Shown here: positions 10,003 through 18,172 of the stretch, piece by piece
Layout of the letters: every line of letters begins with the position of its first letter
Position numbering within the stretch: the first letter of the stretch is position 1
From: a virus
IMG/VR virus record: IMGVR_UViG_3300021957_003133
Coordinates: 1 to 64,000 of that record
Length of the DNA stretch: 64,000 bases
Direction: 5' to 3' (one strand)
Translations under genes and position numbers: made by a program
Notes under the pieces: generated by a model
Database searches by the model: none
Told to the model about the DNA's origin: nothing
What the model saw: only the letters and a program-made list of their open reading frames with translations

Positions 10003-10227
10003 TTACAGCGAGGTTGCGTCTGATACTGGTGCTTTGTACTGATTACGCACTGTGTCTAACTTTTGTTCGTGTTCTAGTTTACGTACATCATTCATTATAC
10101 GTAGTCGATTTAACTGTTTTAATGTTAATTTAGTTTTACGTAGGTCATGGAGTTTGGCCACGGAGTTGTCGTCTTTTTCCGTTTCATAACCATGTGGTGC
10201 TGTTTCAAAAAATTCTAGTATGTTCAT
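10003..10227 (-). CDS. Small head-module protein
   Basis: Likely start is the ATG at 10227 (MNILEFFE...), 5 nt after a TAAATA box; contains RKTKLTLKQLNRLR. Confidence 0.7.
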   Translation of the reverse strand: MNILEFFETAPHGYETEKDDNSVAKLHDLRKTKLTLKQLNRLRIMNDVRKLEHEQKLDTVRNQYKAPVSDATSL

Positions 10228-10232
10228 AAGTG

Positions 10233-10240
10233 TATTTACC
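10233..10240 (-). promoter_or_regulatory. Late promoter (GGTAAATA), leaderless arrangement
   Basis: Exactly 5 nt upstream of the ATG at 10227. Confidence 0.6.
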
Positions 10241-10244
10241 AATC

Positions 10245-11957
10245 TTATAAATTTAGATCACCACCAGGTGCTTCTGGCCCACTGCCTGTTGTTTCAGGCC
10301 CGCCTAAATCTGTAGGTTCTCCTGTGGGTGCTTCTGTGGGTGCTAGATCATCTAAGTCTGATTGCAGTCCAGCAGTTGTTACACCTACTGATCGTAGTCC
10401 GGCTTCTGGTGCTGATGATGCTTCTCCACTTTCGTTTTCTTCATTCCACATTTCTTCATTCTCTTGCATTTCTTCTTCACTAAGATCTAGATAGCGTTTA
10501 AGTAGGAAACGTTTTGAAAGATACGGTGTTTGTTCTAACTGAGTAAATGCTTGTATGCGAACAGAATCAACTTCTGCTTGTCTATATTTGGCAAAGTTTT
10601 GTGGTTCATTGAAACGAAGCTCAAACACAGAACCGTCAATGTTAACTCCTCTCCATCTCATAAACATTTTAAATTCATGATCTAGTGTGCCTGCTATTAA
10701 ACTTTGTAAGCGTTTACAGTATTGGTTAAATCTCCATTCTTGGATTAATGCTGTAGTAGCACGACCGTCGTTGTATTGTGCGTTACTTTCATCAGGACCT
10801 GTTGGCAAATATGAACTAGGTACTCGAAGTCCACGTGCCAATTTGTTGTTAAAGTATCTAAGATCATCAATCTCTCCTAGATTCTGCCCACCTGGTAGTG
10901 TAGTAACATCACTGCCTCTACCGTCTGCTGTTACTGGGAAGAAGTAGTCTTCGTTTGTACTCAATGGGTTGTACGTAGCATCTTGCATGTTTTGCCCACC
11001 ACCCGTCTGCGTTGGTATGCGTCTTTGGTGTATTTCGTTTTTAATACGATCAACAAAAGCCATTGCCATATGACTTGGCATGTTACCTACGTCAATTTTG
11101 AACACTCTACGCTCTGGTGCACGCTGTATTCTGTATATAAGTATTGCGTCTTCTAACAGTTGTTTTTGTTTGAATATCTTAAACACTGACTCTAATATAC
11201 TGTTACCGAAAGGCCAATTAAGATCCAATCCTTCTGTTAAACTTAGATGTACCACATGCTCTGCATTAATAGGTGCTTCATTTTGTGCATGTGCGAATCT
11301 ACTACCACCTTCATATGGTGTGTTTGCTTGTGTGTAGGCTCCGTTTGGGCCTCCTACTTGGGGAGCGTTTAGATATGTATCACTAGATGCAACTGATGTA
11401 GCTGTTAGATTTTTAAAGTTAATGTTAAGATCTTTAATTAGATATTGTTCTGGTTCTTTGCCTTCGCTTTCGTTAACAATGACTTTAACTACTTTGTGCA
11501 TTTCTGTCCAATAAAGTTCAAATGTTTCTGGATCACGTAGAAATACCTGATCTCCATATTTTAAAACATTACGAACTAATTTAAATAGTCTCTTATTCAG
11601 CTTGTTAAGACTACACCATTGATTCAATTGATCTTTAAGGATTTTAATTTCGTTGTCTGTTGGCTTTTCTTTGAAGAATAAATCAAACCCAGTACCGTTT
11701 TCGATATTGTCCTGAGTCATGAATTCAGCTAGTATGTCTAAGGCCGCATTGATTTCTGAATCCTGATCCATTTGTTCGTATTGGTTGTATCTCTCTGTTC
11801 TGTTAGGATGTCCAATATAAACTTCTGGAAGTTTACTAGCAAAATTACGATACCCTGGATCAACGGAGTTACTACTGCTACCGCCACCACCTAATGGGCT
11901 CATTAGTCCGCCAGCTTCTGGATTTGCTGATTTGAAATACTTTTTCCAACCTGCCAT
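10245..11957 (-). CDS. gp20: Portal protein (gp20-like)
   Basis: LLEDAILIYRIQRAPERRVFKIDVGNMP, EDYFFP, TLPGGQNLGEIDD motifs. Confidence 0.96.
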   Translation of the reverse strand: MAGWKKYFKSANPEAGGLMSPLGGGGSSSNSVDPGYRNFASKLPEVYIGHPNRTERYNQYEQMDQDSEINAALDILAEFMTQDNIENGTGFDLFFKEKPTDNEIKILKDQLNQWCSLNKLNKRLFKLVRNVLKYGDQVFLRDPETFELYWTEMHKVVKVIVNESEGKEPEQYLIKDLNINFKNLTATSVASSDTYLNAPQVGGPNGAYTQANTPYEGGSRFAHAQNEAPINAEHVVHLSLTEGLDLNWPFGNSILESVFKIFKQKQLLEDAILIYRIQRAPERRVFKIDVGNMPSHMAMAFVDRIKNEIHQRRIPTQTGGGQNMQDATYNPLSTNEDYFFPVTADGRGSDVTTLPGGQNLGEIDDLRYFNNKLARGLRVPSSYLPTGPDESNAQYNDGRATTALIQEWRFNQYCKRLQSLIAGTLDHEFKMFMRWRGVNIDGSVFELRFNEPQNFAKYRQAEVDSVRIQAFTQLEQTPYLSKRFLLKRYLDLSEEEMQENEEMWNEENESGEASSAPEAGLRSVGVTTAGLQSDLDDLAPTEAPTGEPTDLGGPETTGSGPEAPGGDLNL

Positions 11958-11986
11958 AATATGTTCTCTTTAACTATAGTTTGCAG

Positions 11987-11994
11987 TATTTATC
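11987..11994 (-). promoter_or_regulatory. Late promoter (GATAAATA)
   Basis: Upstream of the portal gene. Confidence 0.7.
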
Positions 11995-11997
11995 AGG

Positions 11998-14007
11998 CTA
12001 GTAACTGTTCTGTGCTATTTGTGATGTTAGATTGTTGTTCTTCTGTAGAGTACGCAGTACTTCACTCATCACAGCTGTCTGTTGATTCAGTGATGCTGTG
12101 ATACTACTGCTATCTAGACTTACAGGAATTGTCTTGTTGTCGGGTAGTGGAACTACTGCTTCTGTACCGTGTAGTACTTCAGTATAGCCACTTACAGGTC
12201 CTGTACTGATGCCGCCTGTTTTCAATCCGAGCTGACCGTCGGTAACTCCTTGGGCTAACCCGGCTTGGCCGATGCTCGGTTGGAGTGGACCTGTAAAGCC
12301 GCCTGTACCTTGGATCTCAGCTCGGAAGTTTTTAACTACTTGGCTTGCGGCTTCAAGACCTATACCAGCAATAGTGGCATACATTTTTAGTAGTGGTGTT
12401 AGTAAGGCTTCAAAACTGATTGCTAATTCTTGAGCCGCGGATGTGGCCTTAACCATTCCTGTAGTTAATGGATCTGTTGTGTCTTTAAGTGCTTTTACAG
12501 AGTTCTTTGCTGTTTCGACAGCTTCTTTTGTAAATTTAATAGATTGGTTATAGGCATCTAACCCAGCCTGTGCTACAGTGTTCAATGATGAATCACCTGT
12601 TGCAAAGCCTGCAACAAACAATGCTTGGTTTTTCCTAAAAGCGTCAACCATTGCTTGTGAATACTGTGCATTAGCATCTGCCACTGCTGTAGCATCAAAT
12701 GTTTCAGAAAGAAACTTACCATAAAGCAATCTACCTTTTTCTGCGGCCGCGGCATTTGTTGCTTCGTATATTGCCGCATCCTTGTTTATTACAGCTCCAT
12801 TGAATATCACCCTATCTCTAAATGCTTTTTGCTCTATCGCAGTCATCTGAGCCATAGCGGCATCAATTTGAGCGGCTTGTTCTGGACCCATTTTGGCTAG
12901 TTCATTTTGGAATGCCGCGATCTGATTTTGTTCTTGCACCTGTTTAGTTTTGGCTTTAGCATCCTCACCTGTTAGTGCGGCCACTAGTCTCATATTTTCT
13001 GCAAGTTTTTGTGTTTCAGTAGCTAGCACAGCTGGGTTAACTGATTGTGCTGTTCTTCGTATATTGCCCATAACTGTAGCAGTTATTTCTGCTTGCTCTT
13101 CAAACCCATATCCTAGATTCAGTAGTTGTGTTCTTATTCTACCATTGTTTTGATCAAATATTCGTCCAGTGTCACCAACCATACGAGCACCTTCAGCTAC
13201 ACCCATTCCACTCAATGCAAGGTCTTGAGACTGTTGACTTATTACTTTAGAAAACTGTTGTAATGTTAACCCAGCACCCACACTAGCTTCACGCATGGCT
13301 GTTAGTCCACCTGCAAACACAGCACCGTTGCCAACAATGGTATTAAAGGCGTTATTTGTTTTTTCTAATTCTTTGCTGAGGATGTCGACCCCAAATTGCA
13401 TTAGTTTTTTAGCTTGATCAGCAGTATAAGTTATTCCTGCACCGATACCACTAGCAATTCCACCGATACCAGATACTAATGGATTTAAATTGTTTGATAG
13501 GGACTCGCCAAATTTTCCTACCATAGCACCAAACACACCAATTGCACCACCAGCAAAATTTATTGCAGTTTTTAACATAGTTGTTGACATAGTAACGCCA
13601 CCAGCACCACGTTGCATATCGTTTGTTAGGTCGCTGATTAATTTAGATGATCCAGTGAGTAGATTTTTAGTGAATAGCCTAGTTGCTTCTACGGTCCGTA
13701 TATTACTTGCTTCTTCAACTAGCTCCTTTCTTTTCTGTAGCAGTTGGTTTCTTTTAGCTTGGTCATTAGCAGTGTTGCCTAACTCGTCAAGAGCATCGTC
13801 AAGATTATCAATTGCACTAACCATTTGGTTGAAGCTAACATTGCCTTGTTTAATATCTTTATTAAACTGTTCTATCGATTTCTTGAAGTTGCCCGTACCT
13901 TTCTTGGCGGCACTAGTAAATACCTGAAGTTCAGAGGTTGCGGTACCAAATCCTTCTTCGAGCTTTTTCAGTCTTTCGATTATGTCCTGGAGATCTTCTT
14001 CGTTCAT
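11998..14007 (-). CDS. Probable tail tape measure protein
   Basis: 669 aa, A/G/Q-rich and helical with hydrophobic stretches; C-terminal GGISTGP.SGY...LHGTEAVVPLP motif typical of tape-measure C-termini; adjacent to a chaperone-like pair. Confidence 0.65.
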   Translation of the reverse strand: MNEEDLQDIIERLKKLEEGFGTATSELQVFTSAAKKGTGNFKKSIEQFNKDIKQGNVSFNQMVSAIDNLDDALDELGNTANDQAKRNQLLQKRKELVEEASNIRTVEATRLFTKNLLTGSSKLISDLTNDMQRGAGGVTMSTTMLKTAINFAGGAIGVFGAMVGKFGESLSNNLNPLVSGIGGIASGIGAGITYTADQAKKLMQFGVDILSKELEKTNNAFNTIVGNGAVFAGGLTAMREASVGAGLTLQQFSKVISQQSQDLALSGMGVAEGARMVGDTGRIFDQNNGRIRTQLLNLGYGFEEQAEITATVMGNIRRTAQSVNPAVLATETQKLAENMRLVAALTGEDAKAKTKQVQEQNQIAAFQNELAKMGPEQAAQIDAAMAQMTAIEQKAFRDRVIFNGAVINKDAAIYEATNAAAAEKGRLLYGKFLSETFDATAVADANAQYSQAMVDAFRKNQALFVAGFATGDSSLNTVAQAGLDAYNQSIKFTKEAVETAKNSVKALKDTTDPLTTGMVKATSAAQELAISFEALLTPLLKMYATIAGIGLEAASQVVKNFRAEIQGTGGFTGPLQPSIGQAGLAQGVTDGQLGLKTGGISTGPVSGYTEVLHGTEAVVPLPDNKTIPVSLDSSSITASLNQQTAVMSEVLRTLQKNNNLTSQIAQNSY

Positions 14008-14036
14008 ATATTTTTATTTGCCTGTGTTTTTGGTGC

Positions 14037-14044
14037 TATAAATA
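14037..14044 (+). promoter_or_regulatory. Late promoter (TATAAATA)
   Basis: Exact T4 late consensus upstream of the 14090 gene. Confidence 0.75.
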
Positions 14045-14069
14045 GTGTTAAGGACTATTCAATTATATA

Positions 14070-14077
14070 TATTTATA
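14070..14077 (-). promoter_or_regulatory. Late promoter (TATAAATA)
   Basis: Exact T4 late consensus upstream of the tape-measure-like gene. Confidence 0.7.
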
Positions 14078-14089
14078 GGATTTTCAACC

Positions 14090-14950
14090 ATGGAACAAAA
14101 CACTCCACAAGTTGCCTCAAGCAATCCGCTATCTAAGCATTTTAGACAGCCTGCGATTTATTTAAAGTTACCCAGTGATGGTAAGTACTGGACTAAAGAC
14201 TCTTTGTCTATACCACCATCTGGCGAAATTGGCATTATGCCAATGACTACCAAAGACGAAATAACTTTAAAAACTCCAGATGCACTGTTAAACGGGCAAG
14301 GAGTAGTTAATGTAATACAGAGCTGTTGCCCGGACATAAAAGATGCTTGGCAAATGCCTAGTATTGATGTTGATGCTACTCTTATCGCAATACGTATAGC
14401 TAGCTACGGTAATCAGATGGATTTCACTTCGCAGTGCCCACATTGTAAAACTGATCAGGATCATGCTATTGATTTAGGAGTTACCTTAGGAACTATTACT
14501 GCTCCTAATTACGAAGTTCCTTTAAAAGTTGACAGTCTAACCATACAATTACACCCACAGCCGTACTTTAGTCTTAATCAAACTAACATGATCGCATTTG
14601 AAGAACAGCAGATAGTTAGGAGTTTAGGTGAAGTAGAAGCTGATCCTATCGAGGCAAAAAAACGCTTTGACGAGCACCTTGCTAAAATAATCGATATGAA
14701 CATCAGCTTGCTAGGTAGTAGTACTAAATCTATCACAACCGAAGATGGTACTGTTGTCACTGATTCAGATCATATCAATGAGTTTTTTGCCAATGCTGAC
14801 ACTAAAGTTATTAAAAAAGTACAAGACTATCTCAAAGAACTCAGTGACATAGCCAACATTAAACCTGTTGGTGTTACATGTACCAACGAAGAATGCAGTA
14901 AAGAGTTTCCTATAAACATCACATTCGACTACGCAAGTTTTTTCGTATAA
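14090..14950 (+). CDS. Baseplate hub / tail assembly chaperone (gp26-like)
   Basis: Start revised to ATG 14090 (AGGA RBS). IYLKLPS.G, PMTTKDEI, IAIRIASYG, and Zn-type CPHC...CTNEEC motifs. Confidence 0.7.
   Translation: MEQNTPQVASSNPLSKHFRQPAIYLKLPSDGKYWTKDSLSIPPSGEIGIMPMTTKDEITLKTPDALLNGQGVVNVIQSCCPDIKDAWQMPSIDVDATLIAIRIASYGNQMDFTSQCPHCKTDQDHAIDLGVTLGTITAPNYEVPLKVDSLTIQLHPQPYFSLNQTNMIAFEEQQIVRSLGEVEADPIEAKKRFDEHLAKIIDMNISLLGSSTKSITTEDGTVVTDSDHINEFFANADTKVIKKVQDYLKELSDIANIKPVGVTCTNEECSKEFPINITFDYASFFV
14938..14944 (+). other. Candidate programmed -1 frameshift site (T TTT TTC)
   Basis: In-phase XXXYYYZ heptamer two codons before the stop; the -1 frame is open into the 14956 ORF. Confidence 0.6.
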
Positions 14951-14955
14951 GGCTC

Positions 14956-15174
14956 TTGTCTCTAGAACCTTCAGAAGTCGAAGAATTAATCAAAGGCTAT
15001 GAAGATGAGGTAAGAGCCTTAAAAGATGATTCATTAAGGTTAGCATGGTATATGCGAGGAGCTCTTAGCTACGATGAAGCCATGATGCTTGGCTTATCTG
15101 ATAAAGAAATACTGGCCAAGATAATCAAAGATAATATCAAAACAACAGAAGAAACCAAATTACCGTTCTTTTAG
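14956..15174 (+). CDS. gp51-like chaperone domain, possibly the frameshift extension of the upstream gene
   Basis: 72 aa, TTG start with no well-spaced RBS; WYMRGALSYDEAMML. Confidence 0.65.
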   Translation: MSLEPSEVEELIKGYEDEVRALKDDSLRLAWYMRGALSYDEAMMLGLSDKEILAKIIKDNIKTTEETKLPFF

Positions 15175-15212
15175 AATGTGGCTTTTTCACAACAGGATAT
15201 ATAGTTATGCCA

Positions 15213-15241
15213 TTGACGAATCACTTAAATGGTGTTATTAT
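15213..15241 (+). promoter_or_regulatory. Sigma70-type promoter
   Basis: TTGACG-17 nt-TATTAT with an extended -10 TG. A late-type CCTAAATA follows at 15257-15264. Confidence 0.65.
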
Positions 15242-15340
15242 ATAACAGTAAGACTACCTAAATAGTAAGCAGGATTAATTATATGCTTTAACTATTAGTC
15301 TTGCTTTTTTAATAGGGACAAAATCCCAGGAGGAAGTAAA

Positions 15341-15571
15341 ATGGAAGTATTAAAAAACATTCAGAAATGGAGTTCATCTATAGCTGACGTAGCTGTATCA
15401 CTAATGGCGATGTTTATCGTATTAGAACTACTTGGCGTAGGTAACATACCGTTTTTTCCAGAAGTTAACGTAATTGGTAACGTAACTGGAGTAGTTAAAT
15501 CTTTAGGAGCTGAAGGCTTAGTTGGTTTAATTGCAGTGTGGGTTTTATACACAATTTGGAATAAGAAGTAA
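15341..15571 (+). CDS. Small membrane protein (two hydrophobic helices), host-like
   Basis: 76 aa, AGGAGG RBS, own promoter and terminator. Confidence 0.8.
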   Translation: MEVLKNIQKWSSSIADVAVSLMAMFIVLELLGVGNIPFFPEVNVIGNVTGVVKSLGAEGLVGLIAVWVLYTIWNKK

Positions 15572-15607
15572 GAGAATATCCTTACACCATTTCCACAGAA
15601 TAAGAAG

Positions 15608-15634
15608 AAAGCACCTCAAGGGGTGCTTTTTTTT
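15608..15634 (+). terminator. Intrinsic terminator at the convergence point
   Basis: AAAGCACCT-CAAG-GGGTGCTTT followed by a T run. Confidence 0.85.
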
Positions 15635-15723
15635 GGATTCACGTTCAGTGATAACCTAACAGATAGTCAAGTCATAGTTACTGCTAATAAAACAATTAAT
15701 CCATAGTTCTTTGGGCTTATTAA

Positions 15724-16160
15724 AGATGTCTACGACATCTAACTTCTTCGTTAACACTCGAAGTTCTTTTCTTAAGACTTAATTAATTTACTTTACTTTG
15801 ATATACTGTATGTTCTTACTTGCTTTATCTAGATCTTTCAGCCATACTTCACCTATACAAGGCAAAGTATGAAAGACACTTTATCTGAGTCTTACGCACA
15901 TACTAATTAAAAGAGATTGTTTTCATTAACACGGAGGCGGTCAGCCTGTACCCCCTACTCTAGCTTCATCTGGCGGATGCAATGATAGCCGTAATTAGCC
16001 AACTATCAAAGTCACGTAGGTTGCTTTTTCTCAGAGCCTACATCTTTTGGGGTTTAACCCTTTTGAATGCCATGTGTCGTCCTGTGTGTAGTCCTCTCTA
16101 CACGTTCCACGTGGTTACCCACGATCGCCTCAGGACACAGAATACATCTGCATCATTGAC
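15724..16160 (-). ncRNA. Putative large structured non-coding RNA, family unrecognised
   Basis: Gap with no credible ORF, locally richer in GC, at least 7 helices, a GUAA (GNRA) tetraloop and G-U pairs favouring the minus strand, plus a predicted 8-bp pseudoknot. Boundaries approximate. Confidence 0.65.
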
Positions 16161-16162
16161 TG

Positions 16163-16612
16163 TTATATTTTGTTTAAATCTTCTACGAGAATGTTCTTTA
16201 CGGAACCAATGCCTAGTCTGACATTAATGATCCCATTGTAGTTATCATTTCTAAGTAAAACATGTTCATTGATCTGATAATACACTTCCATGTAGTTAGT
16301 TTCACCACGTGTTTTACACAAATAAAGTATTTCACGTGTGAACTTTTCTGAGCCTAGTTTTTCGATATCTTTTACGAGCCTATCGGATGAGCCATAATAT
16401 TTTTTCCAGTCAGTTTCGACTGTACTTCGTCTTTTATTTTTCTTGCCTTTTAGAGGTGGTCTCTTCTTGATTGTCCAGAAAAATTTACGACCTACGTAGT
16501 CGTGTCCATTCTCTGTGTTTGTGATCCTATATACAAAGCCATAGTTATCACCGATATCCTCAGACTCAAAAGGTTTGTTATTGTAAGTCCAAGGATTATC
16601 GTATGTTGCCAT
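16163..16612 (-). CDS. Stand-alone GIY-YIG family nuclease-like protein
   Basis: 149 aa: GFVYRITN...YVGRK, YYGSS, FTREIL, conserved E (YMEV) and YN. Confidence 0.75.
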   Translation of the reverse strand: MATYDNPWTYNNKPFESEDIGDNYGFVYRITNTENGHDYVGRKFFWTIKKRPPLKGKKNKRRSTVETDWKKYYGSSDRLVKDIEKLGSEKFTREILYLCKTRGETNYMEVYYQINEHVLLRNDNYNGIINVRLGIGSVKNILVEDLNKI

Positions 16613-16789
16613 TTACATTGAGTTCTTTTTGTCTTGAATTTCTGCACGTCTAGCCTTGGTAAGTTTACCTAAGTCACCTAGTGCTTTACGAGCTCTAGCG
16701 GCCGCGGCTTTTACACCCTTACCGTCAAATGTTTGTGATTCTGCTACGTATGTTTCTACTGCCGCTAAAATATCTTCATGAATTGACAT
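16613..16789 (-). CDS. Histone H1-like (Hc1-type) small basic protein
   Basis: Not in the ORF track. 58 aa MSIHEDILAAVETYVAESQTFDGKGVKAAAARARKALGDLGKLTKARRAEIQDKKNSM, AAGGA RBS. KG.KAA..RARK resembles the Hc1 N-terminal domain. Confidence 0.75.
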   Translation of the reverse strand: MSIHEDILAAVETYVAESQTFDGKGVKAAAARARKALGDLGKLTKARRAEIQDKKNSM

Positions 16790-16810
16790 GTTAATTTTCC
16801 TTATTGATTG

Positions 16811-17005
16811 TTATACTGATTCAGGGAACCGTCTAGCTATTTCTGTACGATACCTTGCTTTCTCTTTGTTACGAGAAGCTTTTTCTATTGCTTCTTCTAG
16901 TCTTGCTCGTGACCAGCCTTTGATACGAGGCTTTTCATTTTTTGTTGCATCTGGATTTGCTTTACGTTTACCTGGATGTACTCTTGTTGATCCTCTGCCT
17001 GCCAT
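16811..17005 (-). CDS. Small highly basic protein
   Basis: 64 aa, R/K-rich, AAGGAG RBS, possible late box TATAAGTA at 17027-17034. Confidence 0.7.
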   Translation of the reverse strand: MAGRGSTRVHPGKRKANPDATKNEKPRIKGWSRARLEEAIEKASRNKEKARYRTEIARRFPESV

Positions 17006-17068
17006 TTTAGTTCTCCTTTATGCTACTACTTATAATCTATTGTTTAACCGGCCTGTAATACTGATTTT

Positions 17069-18172
17069 TTAGTTGGTTTCGTAACCAACAGCGTAATCGT
17101 GATCAACTATATCGCTACTACATTTGTATTGGCATTCTGTCCAACTAGTATTTTTGTTGTCTAGGTTATTAAAGAATGATTCCCAAATTGGATCATTTAA
17201 TACTTGTTCTAATGTTCTTTCAGTTAGATCTAATCGTGACTGATTTACAGTGAAGAAATCATCTTCAAAACTTATATGTTCAGCATTTGATGTTAGACTA
17301 CTGTAAGGTAATCCTTTCCAACTACAAGGGTATAATATTCCATTGGCATTAACATACATTCCCTGCGTGCCTATCAGACACAACGGAGTTATTGCACGAT
17401 TGTACTTATCCTGAACCTTATTAAAATGTATTTCTTTGGTTTTTATGTAGTCCGAATTGTCTAACTGCCTTGAAGTTATAGGAATCATTATCCTTTCATA
17501 CCTATTAGATGAGCTAACGAACTCTGCTCTGGGCTCTAAAGGATCAGTAGCACCACCATAAGTTTCATCATACTTGCTACCAAATTTAGTACTTTTAGTT
17601 AGCTGTACAGCATCACATCCCCTCTGTTTAGCTTCGTCGACGATGGCGTTGATTTTATCTTGATTGTATTTAAAAATAATAGTAGCCCAATGAACAAAAG
17701 CTGTTGACTCTTTGCTCATTATTTCCATACCTAACATTATGCTGGACCACGAACTGTTAATCCTATATATGTTGTTTGACTCTTCATCAAATCCGTCTAT
17801 GCTAAAATTTACAGTATCTCTGTCATTACTGATACTAGCAAACCGTTTCCACCACGCTTCATCCTTATAACTGCCGTTGGTTATAGTAAACAGATGTATG
17901 TCAGGGTTTGAAGTTTTAATGTATTCAACTATGTCTAGATACTCTTTGTTGTATATAGGATCCCCTAAATCACCACACATAGTAATACGTTTGACGGTGT
18001 TCTTTAACAGTTCGGGTGACAGTATTTTTTGGAACTCTGCTAGTGTTATATCACGGTTTAGTTTTAATTGATCCTTGTATTCTGTTCGAGGACAGCGAGG
18101 GCACTTCAAAGTACATTTGCTAGTGATACCAAAGTGCCAATGGTACAGTTGCCAAGGATATACTAAATTCAT
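17069..18172 (-). CDS. Radical SAM protein with C-terminal twitch/SPASM-like domain
   Basis: CTLKCPRC, GDLGDP, TNGS, FSIDG; C-terminal CLIG...YPCSW...CQYKC. Confidence 0.9.
   Translation of the reverse strand: MNLVYPWQLYHWHFGITSKCTLKCPRCPRTEYKDQLKLNRDITLAEFQKILSPELLKNTVKRITMCGDLGDPIYNKEYLDIVEYIKTSNPDIHLFTITNGSYKDEAWWKRFASISNDRDTVNFSIDGFDEESNNIYRINSSWSSIMLGMEIMSKESTAFVHWATIIFKYNQDKINAIVDEAKQRGCDAVQLTKSTKFGSKYDETYGGATDPLEPRAEFVSSSNRYERIMIPITSRQLDNSDYIKTKEIHFNKVQDKYNRAITPLCLIGTQGMYVNANGILYPCSWKGLPYSSLTSNAEHISFEDDFFTVNQSRLDLTERTLEQVLNDPIWESFFNNLDNKNTSWTECQYKCSSDIVDHDYAVGYETN

Noticed and set aside
14045-14089. GTG start at 14045 given by the ORF track
   Set aside because: It abuts the late promoter box; ATG 14090 has a proper RBS.
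15724-16160. tRNA, tmRNA or RNase P RNA
   Set aside because: No cloverleaf or T-loop consensus, no tRNA-like ends, no GAGGAAAGUCC-type P4 signature by eye. A covariance search is still needed.
15982-16221. 79-aa plus-strand ORF
   Set aside because: No RBS, overlaps the GIY-YIG gene antisense, and lies across the structured element.
15724-16612. Group I or II intron with a homing endonuclease
   Set aside because: No interrupted host gene flanks the element, and I could not find group I P7 or group II domain V consensus sequences.
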